This document shows positions 1-8,326 of a DNA stretch of 64,000 bases, in pieces. The DNA is from an uncultured Acidobacteriota bacterium (GTDB lineage Bacteria; Actinomycetota; Acidimicrobiia; Spongiisociales; ZC4RG35), in NCBI GenBank assembly GCA_963720925.1, contig CAVRHE010000014.1, positions 214,575 to 278,574 of the forward strand. Direction: 5' to 3'. Positions within the stretch are counted from its first letter, which is position 1. Every line of letters starts with the position of its first letter. The position numbers and the translations under genes are program-made. The notes beneath the pieces were generated by a model that did no database searches, was not told the origin of the DNA, and saw only the letters and a program-made list of their open reading frames with translations.

Positions 1-2465
1 AGGAGGTCGTCGTCGCCGGCGAGACGAATCGCCTCCTCGACATGCTCCAGCGCCTCTTCGTGGTCCGGTGTTACTACCGCGAGGATGTTTCGTACCCGGG
101 ACATCTGAGCCGGGTCGTTCTCCTTCTCGGCGGCCTCCCTGGCTCTCTCGGCCATGGCCGCCGCCTTGGTCCCGTCCCCGGTTCGGTACCCGAGGAGCGC
201 CCAATCGGCGAGCACGGCTGCCGGGGCCGGATGGTTCGCGATTGAACGCTGGAAGTGCTCTTCGGCGTCGTCGAAACGGCCGAGCAAACGCTCGACCTCC
301 CCGGTCCGATGCTCGATGACACCGATCGATCCGGGGCCGGCGTGAGACGCGGCAATGGTCAACTCACGTCGGGCGCGGTCATATTCGCCGGCGGCCATGG
401 CGAGCTCGCCAAGGGCGAGGCGGGCTCCCTCGATGTCGGGGTCATCCAATGCAAGAGCCGTCTCGTAGAACTGGATCGCGGAGTCGTTGGCGAACACGGA
501 ACGCGCCAGATCGCCGGCCAGGTGGTACCACACTGTGGCTTCAGGGTCCCCTGCAGCCCGATACTGGCCGGCGACGGCGGCGGCGAGCCGGGCATCGGAT
601 CGGGCATATGGCCTCTCGGAAAGTGCCCGAGCGGCTCGGCGATGGAGCAGACGACGCCTGACCATCGAGGTCGTCTCGTAGGTGACTCGTTCGAGGGCAT
701 CGAGGGTGAAGCTGAGCCCGTCGGACTCGGGAATCTCTCGCAGCAGACCTGCGGCGACCAGTTCCTCGACCGCCTCCACCACCTCCTCTTCGCTTCGCCC
801 GCTCGTCTCCCGGAGGAGGTTTGCGTCACAGATGCCGTTGAGCGCGGCGGCGGCCGTGAGGATCTGCCGACTGAGGTCACCAATCTCCAGCAGCCGCGCC
901 TCCATGTATCGAGCCATGCCGGGGGTGGATGGAAGGCTGTCCCCGTCGGAGGTGAGTGCTTCGTTGACGAGCAGGGGGACACCCCCGGTCTTCTCCCGCA
1001 ATCGCCTCGCTGCGTTCTCGTCGCCTCCCAGGAGGGGGATCAGGTGCTGGACCGTGAGGGGCCGAATTGCGACCGATTGATCCGCCGCCGTCATCATCTC
1101 GGCCACTGCGGGGTGCAGCTCTTCCTCCGTCCTGGCTGCCACGACCATGACCATGGGCATCTCCGAGATGCGACGCGCCAAATACGAGAAGAGCGCAGCG
1201 GATGAAATGTCCATCCATTGCGCGTCGTCCAGGATGATCAAGATCGGTCGTTCCCGGGCCAGGATGGAAAGGACCGTGTGGATCCCCTCCAGCAGCCGCA
1301 GCTCGCCAAAGCGGTCAGGGGTCTCGTCCTTGGCAGGAGCGAATCCCGGCGCGAGCCTGCCAAGCTCGTTCATGGCCCATTCGGGGATCTCTGCCCGCAA
1401 CGCATCGACACGAGCGGTTGCACCGCCCAGAACCTGGGTGGCCACCCCATAAGGCAAGGACTGCTCGTTACGGAAAGCGCGGCCGATCAGGACATCGCGG
1501 TCCCCGTGCGCGAACGAGGCCACCTCTTCGAGAAGACGGGTCTTCCCCATCCAAGGGGCACCGGTCATCGCGACGACCACACCGCTTCGGGCCATGCTGC
1601 TCCGCAACGCCTCCTGGAGCTGCTCGAGCTCGGACTCACGATCGATGAGGTCGGGGTGGGTCTGACGTCGAGCCGGGATCTCTGCCTTGACCCTTCGCGG
1701 GGCACCCGGGGCAGGAGGGAGGTCTTCATCGAGGATGGCCTCGTAGAGCTCGGTCGTTTCCTCGAGTGGAGCCACGCCGAGCTCCTGATCGAGGACGGTC
1801 ACACAGTTGCGATACGCCTCGATCGCGCCGGGCCGGTCACCGGCCCAGGCGTGGAGAAGCATGAGGAATCGGTGCGCCGGTTCGTGCAACGCGTCGAGCT
1901 CGATCCATTGGGTGACCGCGTTGATGGCGGCGGGGTACTCGCCCGCGGCGGCCAAGGCGGTCCCCAACCGATGGAAGGCCTCGCCGATTCGGATCCTCGT
2001 CGACTCGGCGACGCTTCTCACCCAGTCATCGAATTCCGGTGAGGCCTTGACGGAGAAGCCTTCGAGGAAATCGCCCCGGTAGAGATCGGTGGCTCGCTGC
2101 AGATGAGGGATGCATCGGTCGCAGACATCGCGCCGGTCGTGGCCGTGCTCACTCGTCGCGTCCAGCTCGCGGCCAAGAGTGTCCAAATCCGAAATGACCT
2201 CGCCCACGAGGGTCACGAGATTTCGGTCGGCCTCGATGAGGTCGGTTCCGGTTGCCCCTCTAAGGGCTGACAGAGTCCGACGCAGAGTGGCCCGTGCCCG
2301 CTCCTGTGCTGCGTCGGCCCAGAACAGGCCGGCCAGGGTGTCTCGGCTGGCCGATTTCTCGACAACGAGGAAGGCGAGAAGAGCGATCGCCTTGCGGGTA
2401 TCGACCACGACCGGACGTCCGGAGATGGACACGTCGGGTTGGCCAAGAAGTTTGATATCGAGCAT
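1..2465 (-). CDS. SARP/AfsR-type regulator (DNA-binding + BTAD N-terminus, central AAA/NB-ARC ATPase, TPR-like C-terminus); the 3' end runs off the window
   Basis: The reverse frame is open from the window edge to ATG at 2465-2463. It is absent from the ORF track because no stop lies in the window. My translation begins MLDIKLLGQPDVSISGRPVVVDTRKAIALLAFLVVE...LYRGDFLEGF...WIELDALHEPAHRFLMLLHAWAGDRPGAIEAYRNCVTVLDQELGVAPLEET (BTAD-like). It continues with GAPWMGKT (Walker A-like) and ILDDAQWMD (Walker B-like), then TPR-like repeats. The + strand ORFs 255-1205 and 1218-2042 are its antisense shadows. Confidence 0.8.
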   Translation of the reverse strand, partial: MLDIKLLGQPDVSISGRPVVVDTRKAIALLAFLVVEKSASRDTLAGLFWADAAQERARATLRRTLSALRGATGTDLIEADRNLVTLVGEVISDLDTLGRELDATSEHGHDRRDVCDRCIPHLQRATDLYRGDFLEGFSVKASPEFDDWVRSVAESTRIRIGEAFHRLGTALAAAGEYPAAINAVTQWIELDALHEPAHRFLMLLHAWAGDRPGAIEAYRNCVTVLDQELGVAPLEETTELYEAILDEDLPPAPGAPRRVKAEIPARRQTHPDLIDRESELEQLQEALRSSMARSGVVVAMTGAPWMGKTRLLEEVASFAHGDRDVLIGRAFRNEQSLPYGVATQVLGGATARVDALRAEIPEWAMNELGRLAPGFAPAKDETPDRFGELRLLEGIHTVLSILARERPILIILDDAQWMDISSAALFSYLARRISEMPMVMVVAARTEEELHPAVAEMMTAADQSVAIRPLTVQHLIPLLGGDENAARRLREKTGGVPLLVNEALTSDGDSLPSTPGMARYMEARLLEIGDLSRQILTAAAALNGICDANLLRETSGRSEEEVVEAVEELVAAGLLREIPESDGLSFTLDALERVTYETTSMVRRRLLHRRAARALSERPYARSDARLAAAVAGQYRAAGDPEATVWYHLAGDLARSVFANDSAIQFYETALALDDPDIEGARLALGELAMAAGEYDRARRELTIAASHAGPGSIGVIEHRTGEVERLLGRFDDAEEHFQRSIANHPAPAAVLADWALLGYRTGDGTKAAAMAERAREAAEKENDPAQMSRVRNILAVVTPDHEEALEHVEEAIRLAGDDDL

Positions 2466-2571
2466 GGAGGAGAACCTGAGTGGTGCGGTGCCGAAACGCT
2501 AATTCCACCGTTACGGCTATGAGAAGTTCGTCTCGCCTCGGAACGGTAAGGCCTGTTCCGCATCGGAGGCG

Positions 2572-2599
2572 CGTTTCACTTACGTAACGCTTCACTACC
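2572..2599. promoter_or_regulatory. Imperfect direct repeat CG(T/C)TTCACT, two copies 16 nt apart, in the divergent SARP/array intergenic region
   Basis: cgtttcacttac (2572-2583) and cgcttcactacc (2588-2599) flank a TACGTA palindrome (2581-2586), about 15 nt upstream of ATG 2614. Any function is speculative. Confidence 0.2.
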
Positions 2600-2613
2600 A
2601 ATCTGTGCCCTGA

Positions 2614-3813
2614 TGAGGGAAGGTGAGGGAGCAACCGCTAACGCCGGCAACGCGGCCGTGCTCATTCTGGCGATCGTCAGCTCGTGGCATTGACTGGATT
2701 TGTAATGGGCGGGTTGGTGGGTTGGTGGGGGCCACTGGAGGCGGATTCGACACGCTGTCCTGAACCGGGGACGATGCTTTGTTCCTCGTGCTGGGTCTAT
2801 TGATCCTGTGGAAGGCCGCGGGCAACCGGATCGGTTGGATGTTCACCGCCATCGGGTTGATGTTCCTCGGTGCGGCGATCGCCGGCGGCATTGGCCGTTC
2901 GGGGATCGTCGCCTTTGCAGCGATTGGTGGTGCCCTCTGGCTCGGCTGGATCGTTCTGATGGGAACCCTGGTGTTGTGGTTCCCGACGGGCCAGGTCCCG
3001 AGCCGACGCTGGCTATGGCTGCAGTGGGTCGGCTTCGGTCTCCTGGCTGTGACCTTGTATCACCTACATCTTCACTGAGCAGGTCTGTGTCGATGGCTCG
3101 GATTCGGGTGGCTGTTTGGTCTGGGCCACCAACCCGATTGGCATCGGCGGGGTATCCCAACCCGGAATATGGGTGGTTGGCCGGGCCCATCTTCGCCTTC
3201 TACCCGATCTTCATGGGTGGAGCGGTCCTATCCCTGTTCATGCGGTACCGGAAAGCCGGGACCATCGAGCGACTCCAGTTGAAGTGGTTCCTGTTCGCCT
3301 GCGCCTCCTTCGTGCGGCCGCTTGGTACCGAGATCATCTTGGAGGCGTTGGAGTGGACAGCCGCCGTTCCTCGTCGACGCCTGGATCTCATTGTCCATCT
3401 TCGCCATCCCGATTGCCGCCACCCTGGCGATCCTCCGATACCGCCTCTATGACATTGATCGAATCATCTCGCGGACCGTTTCCTACGCCATAGTCATCGC
3501 CACCCTCGCCGCGGTCTACGCGCTGGGCCTGGCCGGGCTCACTTCCCTGCTCGACACCGAGTCCTCACTCGCCGTGGCCGCCGCCACGCTGGCCGTCGCC
3601 GCCTTGTTCAACCCATTGCGAAAACGCGTCCAGGGGTTCGTCGACCACCGCTTCAACCGCACCCGATACGACGCCGAGCGGGTGATGACCCAATTCACCG
3701 GGTCCCTCCGCGACGAGGTCGATCCAAACACCGTGCTCTCCGGCTGGGTGGGTGTCGTCTCCGAAACCATGAGACCGGTGGCTTCCGGCGTGTGGCTCAG
3801 GAGTGAGAGCTGA
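2614..3813 (+). pseudogene. Array paralog P1 of the polytopic membrane sensor-module family, disrupted by several frame changes
   Basis: Family motifs are spread over all three frames. Frame 1 (2779-3078) has LILWKAAGNRIGWMF. Frame 2 (~3060-3150) has VWATNPIGIGG. Frame 3 (~3155-3355) has FMRYRKAGTIERLQLKWFLFACASF. Frame 1 again (3322-3813) has ILRYRLYDIDRIISRTVSY...FNPLRKRVQGFVDHRFNRTRYDAERVM...GWVGVVSETMRPVASGVWLRSES. The N-terminus (ATG 2614, MREGEG...AVLILAIVSSWH) is also interrupted by stops. Confidence 0.6.
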
Positions 3814-3845
3814 GCACCCGCCAATCCCGTTTCACCGCCTGGCTG

Positions 3846-5006
3846 ATGTGGGTGTCGGGCTTGGCCATGATCGCCCTGGCTGCGGTTCTCAACGAGGTGA
3901 ACCCCCCACTGCCTGGCCAACCGCAGGAATCGACCGTCGAAGGGCTGATCTGGCTTTCGACCTGGATCGGCTTTGGCCTGGTCGGTGCCCTGGTCGTGTC
4001 GAGTCGTCCCGGGAATCGAATCGGGTGGCTGATGTGCGGGATCACGTTTGGCCTCGGCCTCGACATTTTCGCTGTCGAATACTCCCAATTCGCTCTCATC
4101 ACCCAACCGGGACGCTGGCCGTTCGGCGAGGCGGCGGCGTGGGTGGCGACATGGGGCTTTCTCCCAGTGGTGGCACTCGTAGTTGCTCTCGTCGTGATGT
4201 ATCCGTCAGGGACTCCGAGCCGACTTGGTCGCTGGGTCCTGCGGGGCTTTCTCTTCGTGATCTCGATCGAGGCGTTGGTGTATGCGCTTCGTCCCGGCCC
4301 CGTACAAGGGGGCGCTCCGCCAGACAACCCACTCGGCATTTCAGGCATTCGTCCCCTCCTGGACCCGGCTACCGAATGGCTGGGCACGCTTCTCGCGACG
4401 ATCGCCATCATCGCTGCCGTCGACGCGGTCCTGCGATTCCGCCGGTCCTCCGGTGTCGAGCGGCTCCAATTCCGCTGGTTCGTCTTCGCCATCGTGTCTT
4501 TCCCGATCATGTTCCTAGCCGGGAACTTCCTCGAATCGATAGTCGGAATCGAAACATTCGACCCTGTCGTGGTGATATTTGCCGTCTGGGGTAATGGCAC
4601 CGCGGTGGCCATCGGAGTCGCAATCACCCGCCACGGCCTCTACGAGATCGATCGTGTGATCTCCCGCACTGTGGGCTACGTCTTGGTCGTCGGCGTGGTG
4701 GCGGCCGCATACCTGGCGGCTGTGACCGGGCTGACCTCGATCCTGCCCGACCAGTCCCAGCTGGCGGTGGCCGGTTCCACACTCGCCGCCGCGGCGCTGT
4801 TCAATCCGGTGCGGAAGCGGGTGCAGGGCATGGTGGACCGGCGCTTCAATCGTTCCCGTTACGACGCCCAACGGGTCATGGACCGATTTGCCGGATCGCT
4901 GCGCGACCAGGTCGACAGTGGGGAGGTACTCGACGGCTGGGTGGGTGTGGTGGCCGAGACGATGCAGCCTGCGTCGGTGTCGGTCTGGGTCAGAGAGCCG
5001 GCGTGA
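3846..5006 (+). CDS. Array paralog P2: polytopic membrane protein with the conserved C-terminal RYRLYEIDR / FNRSRYDA / VWVRE module
   Basis: Intact 386-aa ORF with about 8-10 hydrophobic segments. Family motifs present: RPGNRIGWLM, RFRRSSGVERLQFRWFVF, TRHGLYEIDRVISRTVGY, FNPVRKRVQGMVDRRFNRSRYDAQRVMDRFAGSLRDQVD, GWVGVVAETMQPASVSVWVREPA. The TGA stop overlaps the GTG start of P3. Confidence 0.85.
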   Translation: MWVSGLAMIALAAVLNEVNPPLPGQPQESTVEGLIWLSTWIGFGLVGALVVSSRPGNRIGWLMCGITFGLGLDIFAVEYSQFALITQPGRWPFGEAAAWVATWGFLPVVALVVALVVMYPSGTPSRLGRWVLRGFLFVISIEALVYALRPGPVQGGAPPDNPLGISGIRPLLDPATEWLGTLLATIAIIAAVDAVLRFRRSSGVERLQFRWFVFAIVSFPIMFLAGNFLESIVGIETFDPVVVIFAVWGNGTAVAIGVAITRHGLYEIDRVISRTVGYVLVVGVVAAAYLAAVTGLTSILPDQSQLAVAGSTLAAAALFNPVRKRVQGMVDRRFNRSRYDAQRVMDRFAGSLRDQVDSGEVLDGWVGVVAETMQPASVSVWVREPA

Positions 5007-6130
5007 GAAAGGCTTGGCTCACGTTGGCCCTGATCGGGGCCACGGGCGGCATCCTCGCCGGGGCTCTGGGGCCCGCATTGGCGGAAGGAGACCGCCTATG
5101 GCCGATCGCTTGGATCCTCTGGGCGCCGGTTGGGTACTTGATACTGCTCAAGCGGCCCGGAAACGGGGTAGGCGCGGCGGCCCTCTTGACCGGTCTCATG
5201 TGGGGAGCCGGCTTCGTCATGCTCACCCTCAGTGTCATCGTTCCGAGCGAGTCGGCCGCCGCCTGGCTCGAACTGGGGGACAGCACTCTCGGCGGGCTGC
5301 CCTGGCTGGTGATGGTGTGGCTGTTGCTCGTCTTCCCTTCCGGGGCCTATGAGGGTAAGGCCGAGCGCGTCATCGGCTGGTTCGTCATCGGGTTCGCGAC
5401 CCTTGCCTCCGCCGCATTCGCGCTCGATCCTGCCCCAATGGAGGACTCGGGCTTGCCCAGCCCACTATCGGTCCCAGAGCTGGGGAATATCACCTCGGTG
5501 ATCACGAGTGATGGAGGGTTCGTCATGGTTGCCGCCTTCATCCTCGCGGCCGTCGTGATGGTGGTCTTCCGATGGCGGCGGAGCGCCGGCGTGGAACGAC
5601 TCCAGTACCGGTGGCTCTTCATGGGCGTGTTCTCGTTCTTCCTCATCATTGCCGCGGGCAGCCTCGGGCTCATCCCCGAGGACGGCTTGACCGAGTGGTT
5701 GTGGTTGCTGGCCGGAGGCGCCATCCCGACCGCCATCGGCATCGCGGTGCTCCGCTACCGCCTTTACGAGATCGACCGTCTGATCTCCCGGACGGTGACA
5801 TATCTATTGGTGGTTGGTGTGCTGGCGGCGGTGTTCTTTGGGGTCGTGACCGCGGCTAGTTCGCTCCTCGACACGGAAAGCGACCTGGCGATCGCCGCTT
5901 CCACCCTGGCCGTGGCTGCCATGTTCAACCCGGTGAGGAAGCGGGTGCAGACGTGGGTGGACCGGCGGTTCAATCGATCCCGCTACGACGCCCAACTTGT
6001 CGTGGACGAGTTCGCCGGGTCCCTCCGCGACCGGGTCGACAGCGACGAGGTGGTCGACGGATGGGTCGGGGTTGTCGCCGAGACCATGCAGCCCGCTGCG
6101 GCCGGTGTGTGGGTGCGGGAGTCACGATGA
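5003..6130 (+). CDS. Array paralog P3 of the membrane sensor-module family
   Basis: Intact 375-aa ORF with the same motif set (RPGNGVG, RWRRSAGVERLQYRWLF, LRYRLYEIDRLISRTVTY, FNPVRKRVQTWVDRRFNRSRYDAQLVV, GWVGVVAETMQPAAAGVWVRESR). GTGA overlap with P2 and ATGA overlap with P4. Confidence 0.85.
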   Translation: MRKAWLTLALIGATGGILAGALGPALAEGDRLWPIAWILWAPVGYLILLKRPGNGVGAAALLTGLMWGAGFVMLTLSVIVPSESAAAWLELGDSTLGGLPWLVMVWLLLVFPSGAYEGKAERVIGWFVIGFATLASAAFALDPAPMEDSGLPSPLSVPELGNITSVITSDGGFVMVAAFILAAVVMVVFRWRRSAGVERLQYRWLFMGVFSFFLIIAAGSLGLIPEDGLTEWLWLLAGGAIPTAIGIAVLRYRLYEIDRLISRTVTYLLVVGVLAAVFFGVVTAASSLLDTESDLAIAASTLAVAAMFNPVRKRVQTWVDRRFNRSRYDAQLVVDEFAGSLRDRVDSDEVVDGWVGVVAETMQPAAAGVWVRESR

Positions 6131-7168
6131 AGGCCAAACTCGTCGCGACCCTGCCTTGGGCGCTCTTGATCGTGGGCATCGTCGCCTGGGGGATGGCAAT
6201 TTGGTTCGATCGCGGCTCGGACGAAGTGACCGGGCCTCTCGACAAGCTATGGGCCCTGTCCTTCTTCGCCTTCCCGATCGTTGGCGTGTTCCTTGCCCGG
6301 CGGATCCCGGCGAATGCGGTGGGCTGGCTCTTCATAATCGGCCCGTTGCTGGTGGGAGCGGGAGTCGCCCTCCAGGAGATGTCCGAGGCCCTCGGCTTCC
6401 CGGGCTTGGTCTCCCCGTCCGAGTATGTCTTCGATGCGGGCTTGCTTGCCCTGTTCTCGTCATTGACCCTTTTCCCCGACGGGCGCTACCGACGGGCGTG
6501 GTGGGCGTGGGCTCATGCCGTCGCCATCCTGGTCCTGAGCATGGTGGCGGGCAGCTTCATTGCAGTGGTCCTGGTTCTGGGTCTCCTGCCACTCGTGTAT
6601 CGGTCGATCAAGGGCTCCTCGTTGGTTCGCCGTCAGATCGCCGGACCGCTCGTGGTCCTGATCCTCGGTGTGGTATCGCTGGTAGCCGTCAACGTTGTGT
6701 TCGGCGGCACGGCTCTCGCCCAAACCTCGATCACGGCGATAACGATGCTGATCACTATCGGTGTACCGGTGTCGATCGCCATTGCGATCACCCGGTACCG
6801 GCTCTACGAGATCGACCGGCTCGTTTCCCGGACCGTCAGCTATTTGTTGGTGGTCGTGTCTGTTGGGGGCGGTCTTCGTCGGTGTCGTGACATTGGCGGG
6901 CTCGCTGCTGCAGACTGATAGCGATCTGGCGATTGCCGCGTCAACTCTCGCGGTCGCAGCACTGTTCAACCCCGTTCGCAAGAGAATCCAGAACGGGGTC
7001 GACCGTCGATTCAATCGATCCCGCTACGACGCCCAGAAGGTGATGGACTACTTCTCCGGCTCGCTGCGGGACCAGGTGGACCCGGTCGGTGTCATCGAGG
7101 GCTGGGTGGGAGTTGTCTCCAACACCATGCAGCCCGCTTCCGCCGGAGTCTGGGTGAGGGAGCGATGA
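6127..7168 (+). pseudogene. Array paralog P4 of the membrane sensor-module family, with one frameshift near 6855-6862
   Basis: ATG 6127 (MKAKLVATLPWALLIVG...) reads in frame 1 to ...ITRYRLYEIDRLVSRTVSYLLVV. The conserved continuation LLGAVFVGVVTLAGSLLQTDSDLAIAASTLAVAALFNPVRKRIQNGVDRRFNRSRYDAQKVM...VWVRER is in frame 2 (ORF 6761-7168). The internal ERLQ.KW motif is degenerate (YRSIKGSSLVRRQIAG). Confidence 0.75.
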
Positions 7169-8316
7169 GAAAGATGTCACCACTCAGGGCAGTGATTGTC
7201 GTGTGGACCCTTCTGATGGTTGGCGCGGCAATCGCTTGGCTGACGTTCCCGGGTGTTGTCGACCCAATGATCGGGATCCTCTTCGCCTCGGTTTGCTCGG
7301 TAGTGGTAGGGGGGATACTCACCGTGAGAGTGCCGGGCAACCTGGTCGGTCCCCTCTCGCTGATCGCCGGCTCGGCATGGGTGCTCTACCTGTTCGGGAG
7401 GGGGTACGCGACGCTCTCTCTCGCATCGAGCGATCCCCTGCCGCTGGCATATTTCCTGGGCTGGCTCGGATCGTGGTCCGGCGCGTTGTTCCTCCTCGGG
7501 GTCTCGGCGCTGATCCTCTGTTTTCCCACCGGGAAGCCGGTCGGATGGTGGCGAGTGATCGCGCTTGGACCAATTGTGGGTGCGGTGTCGACCCTGATCG
7601 GGGCCGTCCTCCTCTGGGGGCTTCCACTGGAGACCCTCATCGAAGACGAACTAGTCAGCCAGACCCCGTGGTATCCCCTGGTCGACGCCGGTTTCGTCCT
7701 CGGATTCGTTTCCGTCCTCCCAGCGACGTTGTCGGTCGTGGCTCGATTTCGCAAAGCCGGGTTGGTCGAGCGGCAGCAGATCAAGTGGCTGCTGGCGGCA
7801 ACCAGCATCCTCGCTGTGGCCTACCTGGTCGGAGCGATCACGGACGATTCCAGCGAGGCGGCCTGGTGGGCCGTGTCCCTAGGTGTGGCGGCGATCCCGA
7901 TCTCGATCCTTTTTGCCGTTCTGCGCTACCGCCTCTACGACATCGATCGGATCCTTTCTCGAACCGTTTCCTACGTAATCGTGATCGGCTTGCTCGGGGC
8001 TGTTTATGCGTTGGGCTTGACCGCATTGACCTCGGTTCTCGATGCGGAATCACCATTGGCCGTGGCCGCTTCTACTCTTGCCGCTGCCGCCCTCTTCAAT
8101 CCTCTGCGAAGAAGGGTCCAGGCAGTGGTGGATAGACGATTCAACCGATCGCGCTACGACGCGGAACAGGTGATGGATCAATTCTCCGGCTCCTTGCGCC
8201 AGGACCTCGACCCGGACACGGTGGTCGAGGGCTGGATGGGAGTGGTGTCCGAGACGATGCACCCGACATCGATTTCGGTATGGGTTCGTAACGATTTCGG
8301 GACGGTCGAGAGATAG
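7165..8316 (+). CDS. Array paralog P5 of the membrane sensor-module family, immediately upstream of the phosphatase gene
   Basis: Intact 383-aa ORF with motifs RVPGNLVGPL, RFRKAGLVERQQIKWLL, LRYRLYDIDRILSRTVSY, FNPLRRRVQAVVDRRFNRSRYDAEQVM, GWMGVVSETMHPTSISVWVRNDFGTVER. ATGA overlap with P4. TAG stop at 8314-8316, only 10 nt before ATG 8327 of the next gene, which is in another frame. Confidence 0.85.
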   Translation: MRKMSPLRAVIVVWTLLMVGAAIAWLTFPGVVDPMIGILFASVCSVVVGGILTVRVPGNLVGPLSLIAGSAWVLYLFGRGYATLSLASSDPLPLAYFLGWLGSWSGALFLLGVSALILCFPTGKPVGWWRVIALGPIVGAVSTLIGAVLLWGLPLETLIEDELVSQTPWYPLVDAGFVLGFVSVLPATLSVVARFRKAGLVERQQIKWLLAATSILAVAYLVGAITDDSSEAAWWAVSLGVAAIPISILFAVLRYRLYDIDRILSRTVSYVIVIGLLGAVYALGLTALTSVLDAESPLAVAASTLAAAALFNPLRRRVQAVVDRRFNRSRYDAEQVMDQFSGSLRQDLDPDTVVEGWMGVVSETMHPTSISVWVRNDFGTVER

Positions 8317-8326
8317 AAATGGGGCC

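Noticed and set aside
255-2042. Long + strand ORFs 255-1205 (316 aa) and 1218-2042 (274 aa)
   Set aside because: Their translations are low-complexity, Gly/Arg/His-rich, with no motifs. The opposite strand reads as a continuous, motif-rich SARP/ATPase/TPR protein, so these are antisense shadow ORFs typical of high-GC DNA.
4996-7175. Possibility that the TGA stops ending P2, P3 and P4 are recoded as selenocysteine, given selA and selB in the window, or read through to fuse the array
   Set aside because: The downstream genes are in a different frame from the upstream ones. In-frame continuation after each TGA hits another stop within a few codons, and there is no SECIS-like hairpin.
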